A stretch of 64,000 nucleotides of DNA from Candidatus Omnitrophota bacterium (GTDB lineage: Bacteria > Omnitrophota > Gorgyraeia > Zapsychrales > Zapsychraceae): contig JBFWOS010000003.1 of the NCBI GenBank assembly GCA_050250375.1, forward strand, positions 559,286 to 623,285, written 5' to 3'. Positions 19,537-30,300 of this stretch are shown here, piece by piece (position 1 is the stretch's first letter; each line of letters starts with the position of its first letter). The notes beneath the pieces are model-generated. The model saw only the letters and a program-made list of their open reading frames with translations, ran no database searches and was not told where the DNA came from. The position numbers were made by a program, and so were the translations under genes.

Positions 19537-21310
19537 AGTCCGCGTACTGCCGGAAGAAATTATTGCCAAGATCGCCGCCGGGGAAGTGATTGACCGGCCC
19601 GCGTCCGTGATCAAGGAACTGATGGAAAATTCCATCGACTCAGGGGCGGACAGAATCGAACTGCAGGTCAAAGATGCCGGAAAATCCGCCATATTTATCA
19701 AGGATAACGGCTGCGGTATCAGCCATGAAGATCTGGAAACGATCTTTCACCGGCACGCGACCAGCAAAATCAAGACGCTCGATGACCTGTTTAATATCCA
19801 TTCTCTTGGTTTCCGCGGTGAGGCCTTGTACAGCATCGCGGCTGTCTCAGATATTATCCTGCAGAGCAAGACTGCCGACCAGCCGGAAGGCTGGCAGATC
19901 CACACGCGCGGCGGACAGAAACAAGCCCTCAAGCCCTGTGCCTTTAACGACCACGGCACGCATATTGAAATCAAAGAATTGTTCTTTAATACACCGGCCC
20001 GGAAGAAATTCCTGAAGACCGATGCAGGTGAGTTTCATCAAATCCTGGGCACGTTTATCCCATACACGCTTCTGCATCCGCAGATCCGTTTTAAACTGAC
20101 CCATCAGAACCGTGACGTCATCGATCTGGCGGCGATCAGCGACCTGAAGAGCCGTGTCGCCCATGTCCTGAACCTGAAAGAAGAACATCTGCTGGATTTG
20201 ACCGAAACATTTCCTGAACAAAATCTTGAGATGCGACTGATCCTGGGTGATATCAATATCAAACGATCCCGGCGTGACCTGCAATATGTCTTTGTGAACG
20301 GCCGGCCGGTGTTTAACAAAAATATCGCATATCATCTCAACCAGATCTACCGGCTCATCCTTCCTCCGGAGTCTTCGCCGTTTTTTATTCTCTATCTGAC
20401 ATTACCGGCGGCGGATATCGATGTGAATATCCACCCGACCAAACGGGAAGTGAAGATCAAAAATGAAAGGGAAATTTGTTCGCTCCTGCGCAAAATCGGC
20501 GAACAGGCTCTCATGTCGTCTTCCGGGATGAAACAGGTTTCCTTTCCGGCCAGACTGGCGACACCGGTTGAACAATCATTCCGGTTCACTGGCGGGCAGC
20601 CGGATGAAGGTTCAGGGCCACAGCCGCTATTTGAACCAAACACCGCAAATCCGTATGAAGCCGCAAATAAGGACTACGCTTACCCGCGGGCAAATGAACC
20701 GCGGGATTTCTATATCCCGTCCGGACGTTCATTAACAGAGGAAAATATCCAGAGCAAGCTTGAGGACGCGCGTTATATCGGGGCTTTCATGCTTAAATTC
20801 TTATTGTTTGAGTCGGGAAGAAACCTGCTGGTGGTGGATCAGCACGCGGCCGCAGAACGGATCACCTACGAAAAACTCATCCGCCATATGGAAAAAGGCG
20901 ATGTCGAAATACAGCCTCTGTTGAGTCCGGTCCTGGTGAGCGTCACTCCCCAGGAACTGGTTGTTTATGAAGAAATACAAGAGGAATTTAAAAAAGTAGG
21001 CCTGGAAAGTTCCCTTTTTGATCCGCAAACTATTGCCGTTCATACCCAGCCTTTGCTTTTAAGGGACGTAGAACAAACCGTGCGTTACCTTTTGGCCGGC
21101 GACAAGATCACCAACCGTGACCACGACCAAATCGCCCGCCGGGCCTGCCGCTCATCCATTATGTCCGGTGACAAACTCAAACCCGACCAGGCCGAATTCC
21201 TGCGTGAAGAACTCCTGCAATGCCTTGATCCATTTACCTGTCCGCATGGACGACCGACCGTCATTGAATTGACTGAATCATTTTTTGATCAGCAATTCTT
21301 AAGAACATAA
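19529..21310 (+). CDS. mutL: DNA mismatch repair protein MutL
   Basis: 593 aa. GHKL ATPase N-terminus (IAAGEVIDRPASVIKELMENSIDSGA, IKDNGCGI). 8-nt overlap with the mutS end. Confidence 0.9.
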   Translation: MNKVRVLPEEIIAKIAAGEVIDRPASVIKELMENSIDSGADRIELQVKDAGKSAIFIKDNGCGISHEDLETIFHRHATSKIKTLDDLFNIHSLGFRGEALYSIAAVSDIILQSKTADQPEGWQIHTRGGQKQALKPCAFNDHGTHIEIKELFFNTPARKKFLKTDAGEFHQILGTFIPYTLLHPQIRFKLTHQNRDVIDLAAISDLKSRVAHVLNLKEEHLLDLTETFPEQNLEMRLILGDINIKRSRRDLQYVFVNGRPVFNKNIAYHLNQIYRLILPPESSPFFILYLTLPAADIDVNIHPTKREVKIKNEREICSLLRKIGEQALMSSSGMKQVSFPARLATPVEQSFRFTGGQPDEGSGPQPLFEPNTANPYEAANKDYAYPRANEPRDFYIPSGRSLTEENIQSKLEDARYIGAFMLKFLLFESGRNLLVVDQHAAAERITYEKLIRHMEKGDVEIQPLLSPVLVSVTPQELVVYEEIQEEFKKVGLESSLFDPQTIAVHTQPLLLRDVEQTVRYLLAGDKITNRDHDQIARRACRSSIMSGDKLKPDQAEFLREELLQCLDPFTCPHGRPTVIELTESFFDQQFLRT

Positions 21311-21361
21311 ATGCTGCATTGATTAACGGGTGTCATCTCAAAATTCCAAGAATTTTCCATT

Positions 21362-24300
21362 CTAACGCCAGACGATTCTCAACTCACCGGCCGGAAAATT
21401 AAAAACAAGGACAGGTTCTCCGTTTTCATCAATAACAATCTCACTCTGCCCCAGGTGAATCCAGTCGAAAAACAAATTAGGGATGCGCATGAATCTGCGG
21501 TCATTTTCATCGAGATAACTTTCCTGATAAATCCGTTCTTCTTCCACCCAAACACCCGCTGGAATAAACCAGGCCGGCACTGGAGTGACCGGCTGCGGAA
21601 TAATAAAATGGTCCAACACCCGCAATTGTTCCATCAAAAGTTCTTCGTGACCGATAATGTTTAACGGAATGTTAATAGATTTCTCGATCGGGATGATTTT
21701 AAAATCGATATAAAGACGGCCCGGAACTTCTTCAACCGGTTCCGGCGGCAAATACTGGGCCAGGAATCTCAGACGTTCAAGGACAAATGGATAATCCGGC
21801 AGGCCGGTCAGAGGAACGTCAACAAATTTTTCGATCGGCGGCATCGTTTTATCAATCTTGACCACATCCGGATATCTTCTCAATGGTTCGGGTGGTAAAT
21901 ACTGTGCTAGCATCCGCATCCGATCTCTAATAAAATCGTAATCCGGTAATCCAATGAGCGGAATATCAACGGATTTTTCAATCAGTTCGACTTCTGCATC
22001 TATCTTAACCGGCAAAAGCATGGCATCCTCTTTACTTAAGACAACCCGATAAATTTCGTCCCCCAAGTGATCGGCCTTAAATTTTTTCCATTCCTGACGC
22101 TGGTCACGTCTAAACCGTTCCCGGATCTGCTGTATGTAACGGACATCCTGCTCTTTGATCTTTTGGGTATAGAACTCCCTCCACGCCGCGGTATTTTTAG
22201 ATGACGTATCATAAAGTTCAGGCAGACCCCGGGTCAAATACAATTCACGAGCCAGTTGCGCCTGTTCATCCTGTCCGTTTGTTCCATCTCCTAGATTTGA
22301 AGACGCTATAAAGACGGCACTGCGTCCAACCTGTTTTTTCGTCAAATCGCCGGGTTTACGTTCAAGATCGCTCAATGGAACATCCACTGATTTTTCAATC
22401 ACGTCCATGCTCTTGTCAATCCTGATGACATCCGGATATCTTCCAACGGGCTCCGGCGGTAAATACTGCGCCAACATTCTCATACGCTCCCGGATAAATT
22501 CATAATCCGGCAACGCGGTCAGCGGGATGTCAACCGATTTCTCAATAGGATCCATGCTCTTGTCAATCTTGACAACATCCGGGAATCTTCTCAATGGTTC
22601 CGGTGGGAAGAACTGTGCGAAAGCCTGCATTCGTTCTCTGATAAAATCATCAACCGGCAATCCGGTCAACGGGATATCAACAGTTTGTTCGATCCGTCCT
22701 ATCTCTTGATCAGCTCCGGTCTGATCAAACACAATCGCGTAGGCCGCATCCTCTATATGATCTTCTTTGAATTTCTGCCATTCGGGGCGAAGATCCCTCT
22801 TAAAACGTTCCCGTATTTGCCGGATAAACTGCATATCTCCTGACTTAATTTTTTCACTGTAATAATCCCGCCAGACCGCCATCTGCTTCGGCGTGGTTTT
22901 ATACATCTCGGGAAGCCCCCGCGTTAAATATAACTCACGAGCCAATTGTGCCTGACCCTCCGTTCCTTCGGAGTTGTCTCCCATCATGGACGAAGCCAAA
23001 AAGACCGCACTGCGCACGACCGGCCTCATCAATAAAGCACCCGGCTTACGTTCAATGTCACTTAAAAGAACATCGACTGACTTTTCGATCGGTTCAAGTA
23101 TTTTGTCGATCCTTATGACATCCGGATATCTTCCAACGGGCTCCGGCGGTAAATACTGCGCCAACATTCTCATACGCTCCCGGATAAATTCATAATCCGG
23201 CAACGCGGTCAGCGGGATGTCGAGCGACTTCTCGATCGGTTTCATGGTCTTGTCAATCCTAATCACATCCGGATATCTTCCCATGGGCTCCGGCGGTAAA
23301 TACTGAGCCAGCATTCTCATACGCTCCCGGACAAACTCATAATCCGGCAGTCCCGTCAACGGGATGTCGATGGATTTCTCAATCTTGACCAGATCTGTGT
23401 TGATCGACCCGGGATTAAATACAATTTCAAAAAATTTTTCGTTTAAATAGTCTTCTTTAAATTTCTGCCATTCCGGACGCAAATCCCGTTTAAAACGTTC
23501 ACGGATCTGCCGGATTATCTGGACGTCCCCGGCTTTAATCTTTTCGACATAATAATCCCGCCAGACCGCTGTCAGTTTCGGTGTACTTTCATATAACTCA
23601 GGAACACCCGTCGTCAAATACAGTTCGCGGGCCAACTGCGCCAGGTTTGATTGGCCAATGGTCTTGTCGCCGGCGCTGGATGAAGCAAAAAAGACCGCGC
23701 TGCGTACAACTGGCCTCTGCGCTAAATCTCCGGGCTTGCGTTCGATATCGCTTAATAAAACGTCAACGGATTTTTCGATCCGCTCCAGGCTCTTGTCAAC
23801 TTGAACCAGGTCCGGATATCGGCTGACTGGTTCCGGCGGCAAATATTGGGCCAGCATCCTCATACGCTCCAGGATAAATTCATAATCCGGCAGGGCTGTC
23901 AGCGGGATGTCGAGCGACTTCTCGATCGGTTTCATGGTCTTGTCAATCCTAATCACATCCGGATATCTTCCCATGGGCTCTGGCGGTAAATACTGAGCCA
24001 GCATTCTCATACGCTCCTGGACAAACTCATAATCCGGCAGGGCTGTCAGCGGGACGTCGATGAATTTTTCAATCCTGACTGTATCTTGAATGGCCTTCTC
24101 TTTATCAAAGACAGCCGCGTAACGCTCATCGTTCAAGCGGTCCTCTCCAAATTTCTTCCATTCAGGACGCGTGTCCCTTTTCAACCGTTCCCGCAATTGC
24201 CGGATAAACTCACGATCACCCGTCTTGACTCTTTCATCATAAAACTCACGCCACACTGCCTTTTGTTCCGGCATACTATCAAACATCTCCGGAATTCCCG

Positions 24301-27300
24301 AGGTTAAATAAAGTTCACTCGCCAAAATGGCCGGATGATCCGGCCCTTCGGACTTGTCCCCGACAATCGCTGATGTCAGAAGCAACGATCCGTGCGTGAC
24401 CGGCCTCCTCGAAGAATCACCCGGTTTGCGTTCAATGTCACTTAACGGGACTTGAATTGTCTTTTCAATCGGATATAAATTAATCTTGATGTACGGACGC
24501 TGCGGAACTTGTTGAACAGGTCCCGGAGGAAAATACCGGGCAAGCATCTTCATCCGCTTAACCACAAATTCGTAATCCGGCAACGCCGTCAACGGGATTC
24601 TAACAGGCGGTTTCACCGTTTCCATAACCCTTTCAATCCTGACGGGTGACGGCACCCTCGTAACCGGTTCGGGAGGCAGATATTGCGCCAGCAATCTTAA
24701 CCGGTCGAGGACAAACGCATTATCCGGAATGGCCGTCAGCGGGATCTCGATGTAATCTCTCGGCCGGATTACGACCGGGTCAATCCGCGGCATGGCTGGG
24801 ACGGAAAGGAATAATGGATCCGGGAGTTTCGTCGGTTTGTAATCTAAGGTGATCAGGGCAAACATCAAAGGAGGATGTATGATCGGTAGAATGCGGAACG
24901 GTTCAGAATTTATAATATTTACCCTGAATCGCAGAGGATCGCGCAGATACAAAATATTCGGAATTACTTTAAACATCTTTTGTCCATTCGAAACTATAAC
25001 GCCAAACGGTCCCCATTTTCTAGAAAATAAAGGTTCTGCGACTTGGCTGTATAACGGTGTTCCTCTCCATATAGATATATCATTGTCACCTGTTTTTTGC
25101 CCTAAACTTTCGGGTTTTCCGAACCTCGGATAAAGAATTTCCTTCCATAACTTCAACTTGACCGGTTCGTTTGCATCCGCGGTTCTCAGGAAAAACTCCG
25201 TTGATTTTCCGGCAGGCAATGTGACCTGTAAGTACCCGCCTAAGTCCAGTCCGCAGCCTTCCGGGTTCACACAAAAATCCCGGAGGTAATAAATAATCGG
25301 CCACCGCGGGAAGAACGGTTCACGGTCATCAAAGTATTCTTCGTAAAAGACCTGGTAACGCAAATCCCATCGTCGGTCTGCGCCGAATTTTTCAAACGCC
25401 AGACGGCGTTCATCAACCCTCCTCGTACTGATCCCGGCGATAAGCGTGTTATCCGTTTTGGCCAACATCGAAGAATCATCAGACGTACTTGCTTCTTTCA
25501 AGTCCTCAAAGACAACCCCATAATCCTTGTTCTCTTTCCGGTCTTCTTTAAACTGCTGCCATTCCGGACGCTGGTCTCGGATAAACCGTTCCCTGAGTTG
25601 CCGAATATATTCCTGGTCCTTGTTTTTTACCTTGCGGTCATAAAACTCCCGCCACGCCGCAATTTGATCAGGGCTGGTTTCATATTTTTCCGGGACACCT
25701 TTGGTCAGATCCAGTTCCTTCGCCAACAAGGCCTGGTCTCCTTCACCCTCGGCTCTGTCGCCTGTATTGGTTGAAGCAAAAAAGACAGCGCTTTGTTGAT
25801 TTTCTCCTTTGTAAATTCTTTCTGATTCAATAACCGCGTGAATGACAACCTTCTGGTAGTCACTCATCGCTTTTTTACTCAGGAGAATGTTATTTATATT
25901 CGCCCATAACGATTTAACAAGTTTATTCATGTATTCGACTAATAAATCCAGCAACGATTCAATAAACTCTGCCCCCTTGAAAAGGATATTCAAAGCACTT
26001 TCCTGATGATGACTTTGCTTCAAATCCGGTATCGTCAAAGGAACATCAATGGATTTTCCAATGATAAATTTATCTTCAGCCATCATCAGCGGACCGATAA
26101 TATCATCGACCGTTAACTCAGGAAGAGTCAGTCCCGTAAGCAAGAAATGTTCCGTCTGAACCGGTTGCAAATTAACATAAACGGAGTCGGCTAACCGTCG
26201 GGTAGCAGGCATCTTGAATGACTGCAGCTTGATACCGGCTAATTCAAAGACGATTTTATATTCCGGATGGTTGACCCGGTCAGACCTGAAGTGCTGCCAC
26301 TCTGGTCTAAGATCCGTTTCGAAACGCCGGGCAATCTGCCGTACATATTCGGCATCATTTGATTTTACTTTTTGATCGTAAAAATTCCTCCAAGCCGCTA
26401 TTTGTTCTTCACTGCTTTCAAACAATTCCGGTACACCTTTGGTCAGATCCAATTCTTTAGCCAACTGGGCCTTATCATCATTACCGGACGTACTGTCTCC
26501 TGTATTGGTCGATGCGAAGAAAACGGCGCTTTGGCGGACTGGACGTTCTTTCCGTTCCCGTATTTCTTCCACGGCTCTTGTGACAATTTCCTGACGGTGA
26601 ATCATCGCTTCTTTATTCAAAAGGACGTCTTTGATCTTGGCCCACATAGAATCAAAAAGTTCATTCAGATAATCAACCAGAATATCCAGCAATGATTCGA
26701 ACTGGGTCAACGCCTCAAAGGAAATATAAACTGCAAACTTCTGGGAATGAGTATCATCCAGATCTGGTATAACCAACGGGATGTCGATGCTCTTTCCAAT
26801 CATCAGTGTTTCCGGGATAACAAACTGACGATCCAGAAGTTCATCAACAGATAATCGAGGAATGCTTAACGGTTCATTCCATGGTGTTTCCACCCAAATC
26901 TGATCAACACTATCCGATATCGGTTGAACGACATATACATCGACAACAAATGATGAACGGAAAGTTGCTGAACCCGTTTCGATTCCAGGTCCGGATATTA
27001 TACGTCCGAACACGGATTTGTATTCCGGTTGGTTCATACGGTCTTTTCTGAACGATTGCCACTCTTCACGCTGGTCAGTTTCAAATCGTCGGGCGATTTG
27101 TTCAATGTACTTCAGATCGCCGGATTTAACCTTTTGATCATAGAAGTTTCTCCATGGGGCGCTCTTTTCAGGTGTCGATTCATAAATTTCCGGAACTCCC
27201 CTGGTCAGGTCGAGTTCCTTGGCCAATAAGGCCTTATCATCCGCCCCGGCAACACTGTCGCCGGTATTGGTCGATGCAAAGAATACCGCGCTGTATGTTT

Positions 27301-30300
27301 CCAGGGCATTCTGATTTTCCTGAATGAATTCGAGAGATTTGTCTCTTGATACGACCGGAAGCGCGACCAGTTTTGGATAGGTGTTTTCAACCAAGCCCGG
27401 ATCAGCCGTTTCTCTAATTTTCAGGTACAAGGCGTCAAACAATCTGGTCAAATATTCAATCAATAAATCCAATAACGATGTGTCTTTCGTCCAATGCTCG
27501 GCAAGGACATATTCGGCGGCCCTTTGCGAATGAGTTTGGTCCATATCAGGAATGACCAGCGGTACATCAATGGATTTACCAATAGTCAGCGTTTCTTTGA
27601 CAACATCCAGCCCGCCTAGTATTTCTTCAACGCTGATGACCGGCAAGGCTAATGAAACATACGCGGCTTCGCTTCCGTTGTTTCCGGATTCAATCGCATA
27701 GGCTGATGAAACCAGACGTTCAGCCGTTTTGATTTTTCTTGTTTCCGGTTGTTCTGACATTAATCCGAAGACAACGGCCCAGGCTGGATTATCTTGACGG
27801 TCTTGTTTGAATGCCTGCCATTCCGGCCGCTGATCCAGTTCAAAACGCTGGGCGATCTGCTGGACGTACCGCATGTCTTTTTCGGCCACTTTCTTGTCAT
27901 AGAAGGTTCTCCAGGCGGCATCGGTGTCAGTCAGTTCAGGAACACCGCGGGTCAAGACAAGCTGTTTGGCCAAAAGCGCCTGGTCATCTTGACCGGCACT
28001 GCTGTCGCCGGTATTGGTGGCCGCGTAAAAGACAGCACCGACCGGGTTGGCGTTTACAATAGTGTCTTGTTTTACAGTTTGTTCTACCTGAACATCCACA
28101 ACAGCCAGGTCATGAACGGCCGGCAAAGTTACACCGGTTAACACAGTCTCTATCGCACCGCTTATTTCCGCGCTTCTCTTGCCTTCTTCTATTTTCTGAT
28201 CGGATACGATCCAAAGCTCACCGAATAACCTTCTTAAATAATTGATCAGAATATCCAGCAGTGAATTATCTTCAAATAATTTACCGATGTTGATCGTAAC
28301 GATTATTTCTTCTTCCTGGGCTGCATCAACAACCGGCAACATGAACGGCACCGCCAAGGCCTTTTGAATGAGGGTTATGCTCGGTGATTTGTCTTCCGGC
28401 GGCAGAATCATGGCTTTGGCGGAATCAGCCAGAATATTGAGGATGATCTGCCGGATATCCCGTTCAGCCAGCATTGATTCGTCCTCGCCTTCCGCTTTCT
28501 CAGCCGTCAGGTTATGCCCGAAAGCTTTCGCCTGCGACGGATCAATTAAGTGCGCGATCAATTCATGCGGAAGTCCGGTCATGACTTCTTCGCTGTTGTC
28601 AACCGGAACAAAATCCAACCCTTCAAGACTGATGCCCAGGGCAGTTAAACTTTCAAATTGTTCCCGGGTACCAACGGCCAGATGGGCGCCGGATTTGATC
28701 ACCGGACCGACCAGTTCATGTTGGAAAATTTTATCTTGATCGAATAAACTGAACCGGGTCGCGACCAGCTTGACTTCACCGAGCCTCAAGTTGTCTTGTT
28801 CCACATCCACGAACCCTGCCCCGAACGGATGGAACAGACCTTGATGGACAATCCCGCCATCGGAGAACTGCGCGTGGAACGGATCGGCGCTGGCTTCAAC
28901 CTGCTTATCATGGTATTCGGCCTTTTCATTGATCATACCGAGAACCTTGAGCATCTTGCGCTGGATAACGATGTTCTGCGCGTCTGTCCTTCTGAATTTC
29001 TGGATTTCTTTGGACGGACCGCCGACCAGGTGAAGACCGATCAACTCGTGAAGCATGGCTTCGGCGCGTCTTTCATCGGTATATTTTTCACCGGACATCT
29101 CTTCCGGATTTCGTCCGATATCTAACAAGAATCCGTCGTTCAGATCGGACGCGCGGGTGATAATGACATTGTTGTGGTCTTCATCCGCGAACCCGGCCGG
29201 GAAGGCGTTCTTCATCAGGTGTTCGAAAATAATCCTTTGGGTGGCGCTCATCCCCTTGAACACATCCAGATCACCGATGCCTCTGAAGTCAAGATCAAAC
29301 CCGTTTTCAATCAGGACATCATTAATGTCTGCGATGATAACGGCCGCGTCGGATTTAGATCCATCTAGAGTTTTTACGGCTTGACGAATTTTTTCTACAC
29401 GTCCGATAAAGGCTTTTTCTTTGGCGCTTAATGTCTGCGGTTTCGGACTGCTGTTAGCGGCAAATACCCGTTGGAACATCCTTTGATCTTTTCTTCCGCT
29501 GAAGTCGTCCCCAAAATGCGCCGCGATCCTGGTGATAATCTGATCATAAACCTGCCGGTCAAATAATTGACGTTGTTCATCCTTGAATTGATCCAGCATG
29601 CCTATTGTTTCCTGGGCGCCCAATTCAACCAGCGCCAGCACATCGATGGAAGGATTGTTCGGGTCAAGCGCCCGGGCCATCATGTCTCTTAAGTCTTCCA
29701 TCAATGCCCGGAAAGCTCCGGTCATTTGTTCCGGTTTAATCAGGACTTCATCCAATCTCTTCACGATGATTTGCGCAGAACGATGATAGGATGAATATTG
29801 CGGGTCAGCCGGATTGATTTCACTGATCTTCAAAGCCGCGCCTAATAATTTCTGCATGTACAGGTTCCATTTTTGGAAATATCCGACAAACTTGTTGTCG
29901 TTGGCCCGTTTGTCGTCCAGTTCCAGCGCCCGGTCAAATCCCTGTTTGGTCACCCGTCTTGTTATGACTGTCGGTTTTTTCTTGTTTCCATTTTCTACTT
30001 GATCACGGATTATTTCCTGTTTCGTGAAGTAAACGGATTTATGGGCCTTTTCTGTGCCTTTAAGATCGACCTCGACAATTTCCGGGGTGCCGTTTTCTTT
30101 AATTTCGTAAACAGCCCGGCTGATTCTAAGTTTGCTGGTAAACGGCTGTTTGACATCCAGTTCAAACTGACGTTTCGCGTCGGCCCGGATGACACGGTTG
30201 TCATGGATCGCAAGGTCGTGGCCGATCAGGCTGAAACGGTGCATCAAATCTTTATATTCTTTTTCGGTATTGTCGAAGTACGGAACTTCCAAACCTTTTT

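Noticed and set aside
3592-20335. Antisense or internal small ORFs in the housekeeping region (3592..3942, 4345..4782, 5761..5974, 6357..6566, 7044..7562, 8269..8904, 9084..10389, 11712..12053, 12374..12971, 13081..14079, 14347..15137, 15297..16216, 17038..18948, 19114..20643)
   Set aside because: Each lies within and opposite to, or frame-shifted from, a confidently identified gene (rdgB, rph, queE, queC, murI, amidase, secretin, CPBP, rsmB/F-like, marR, the TPR protein, mutS, mutL). None has a recognisable motif.
21311-21361. Bidirectional terminator between convergent mutL and the giant ORF
   Set aside because: The 51-nt gap has only a weak short palindrome (tcttaaga) and no stable GC-rich stem with flanking T/A runs. 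A feature call is not supported.
21400-28100. Possibility that the periodic repeats are a CRISPR array
   Set aside because: The period is about 700-760 nt rather than 60-75 nt. The repeats are in-frame coding sequence with protein-level conservation. There is no direct-repeat/spacer alternation.
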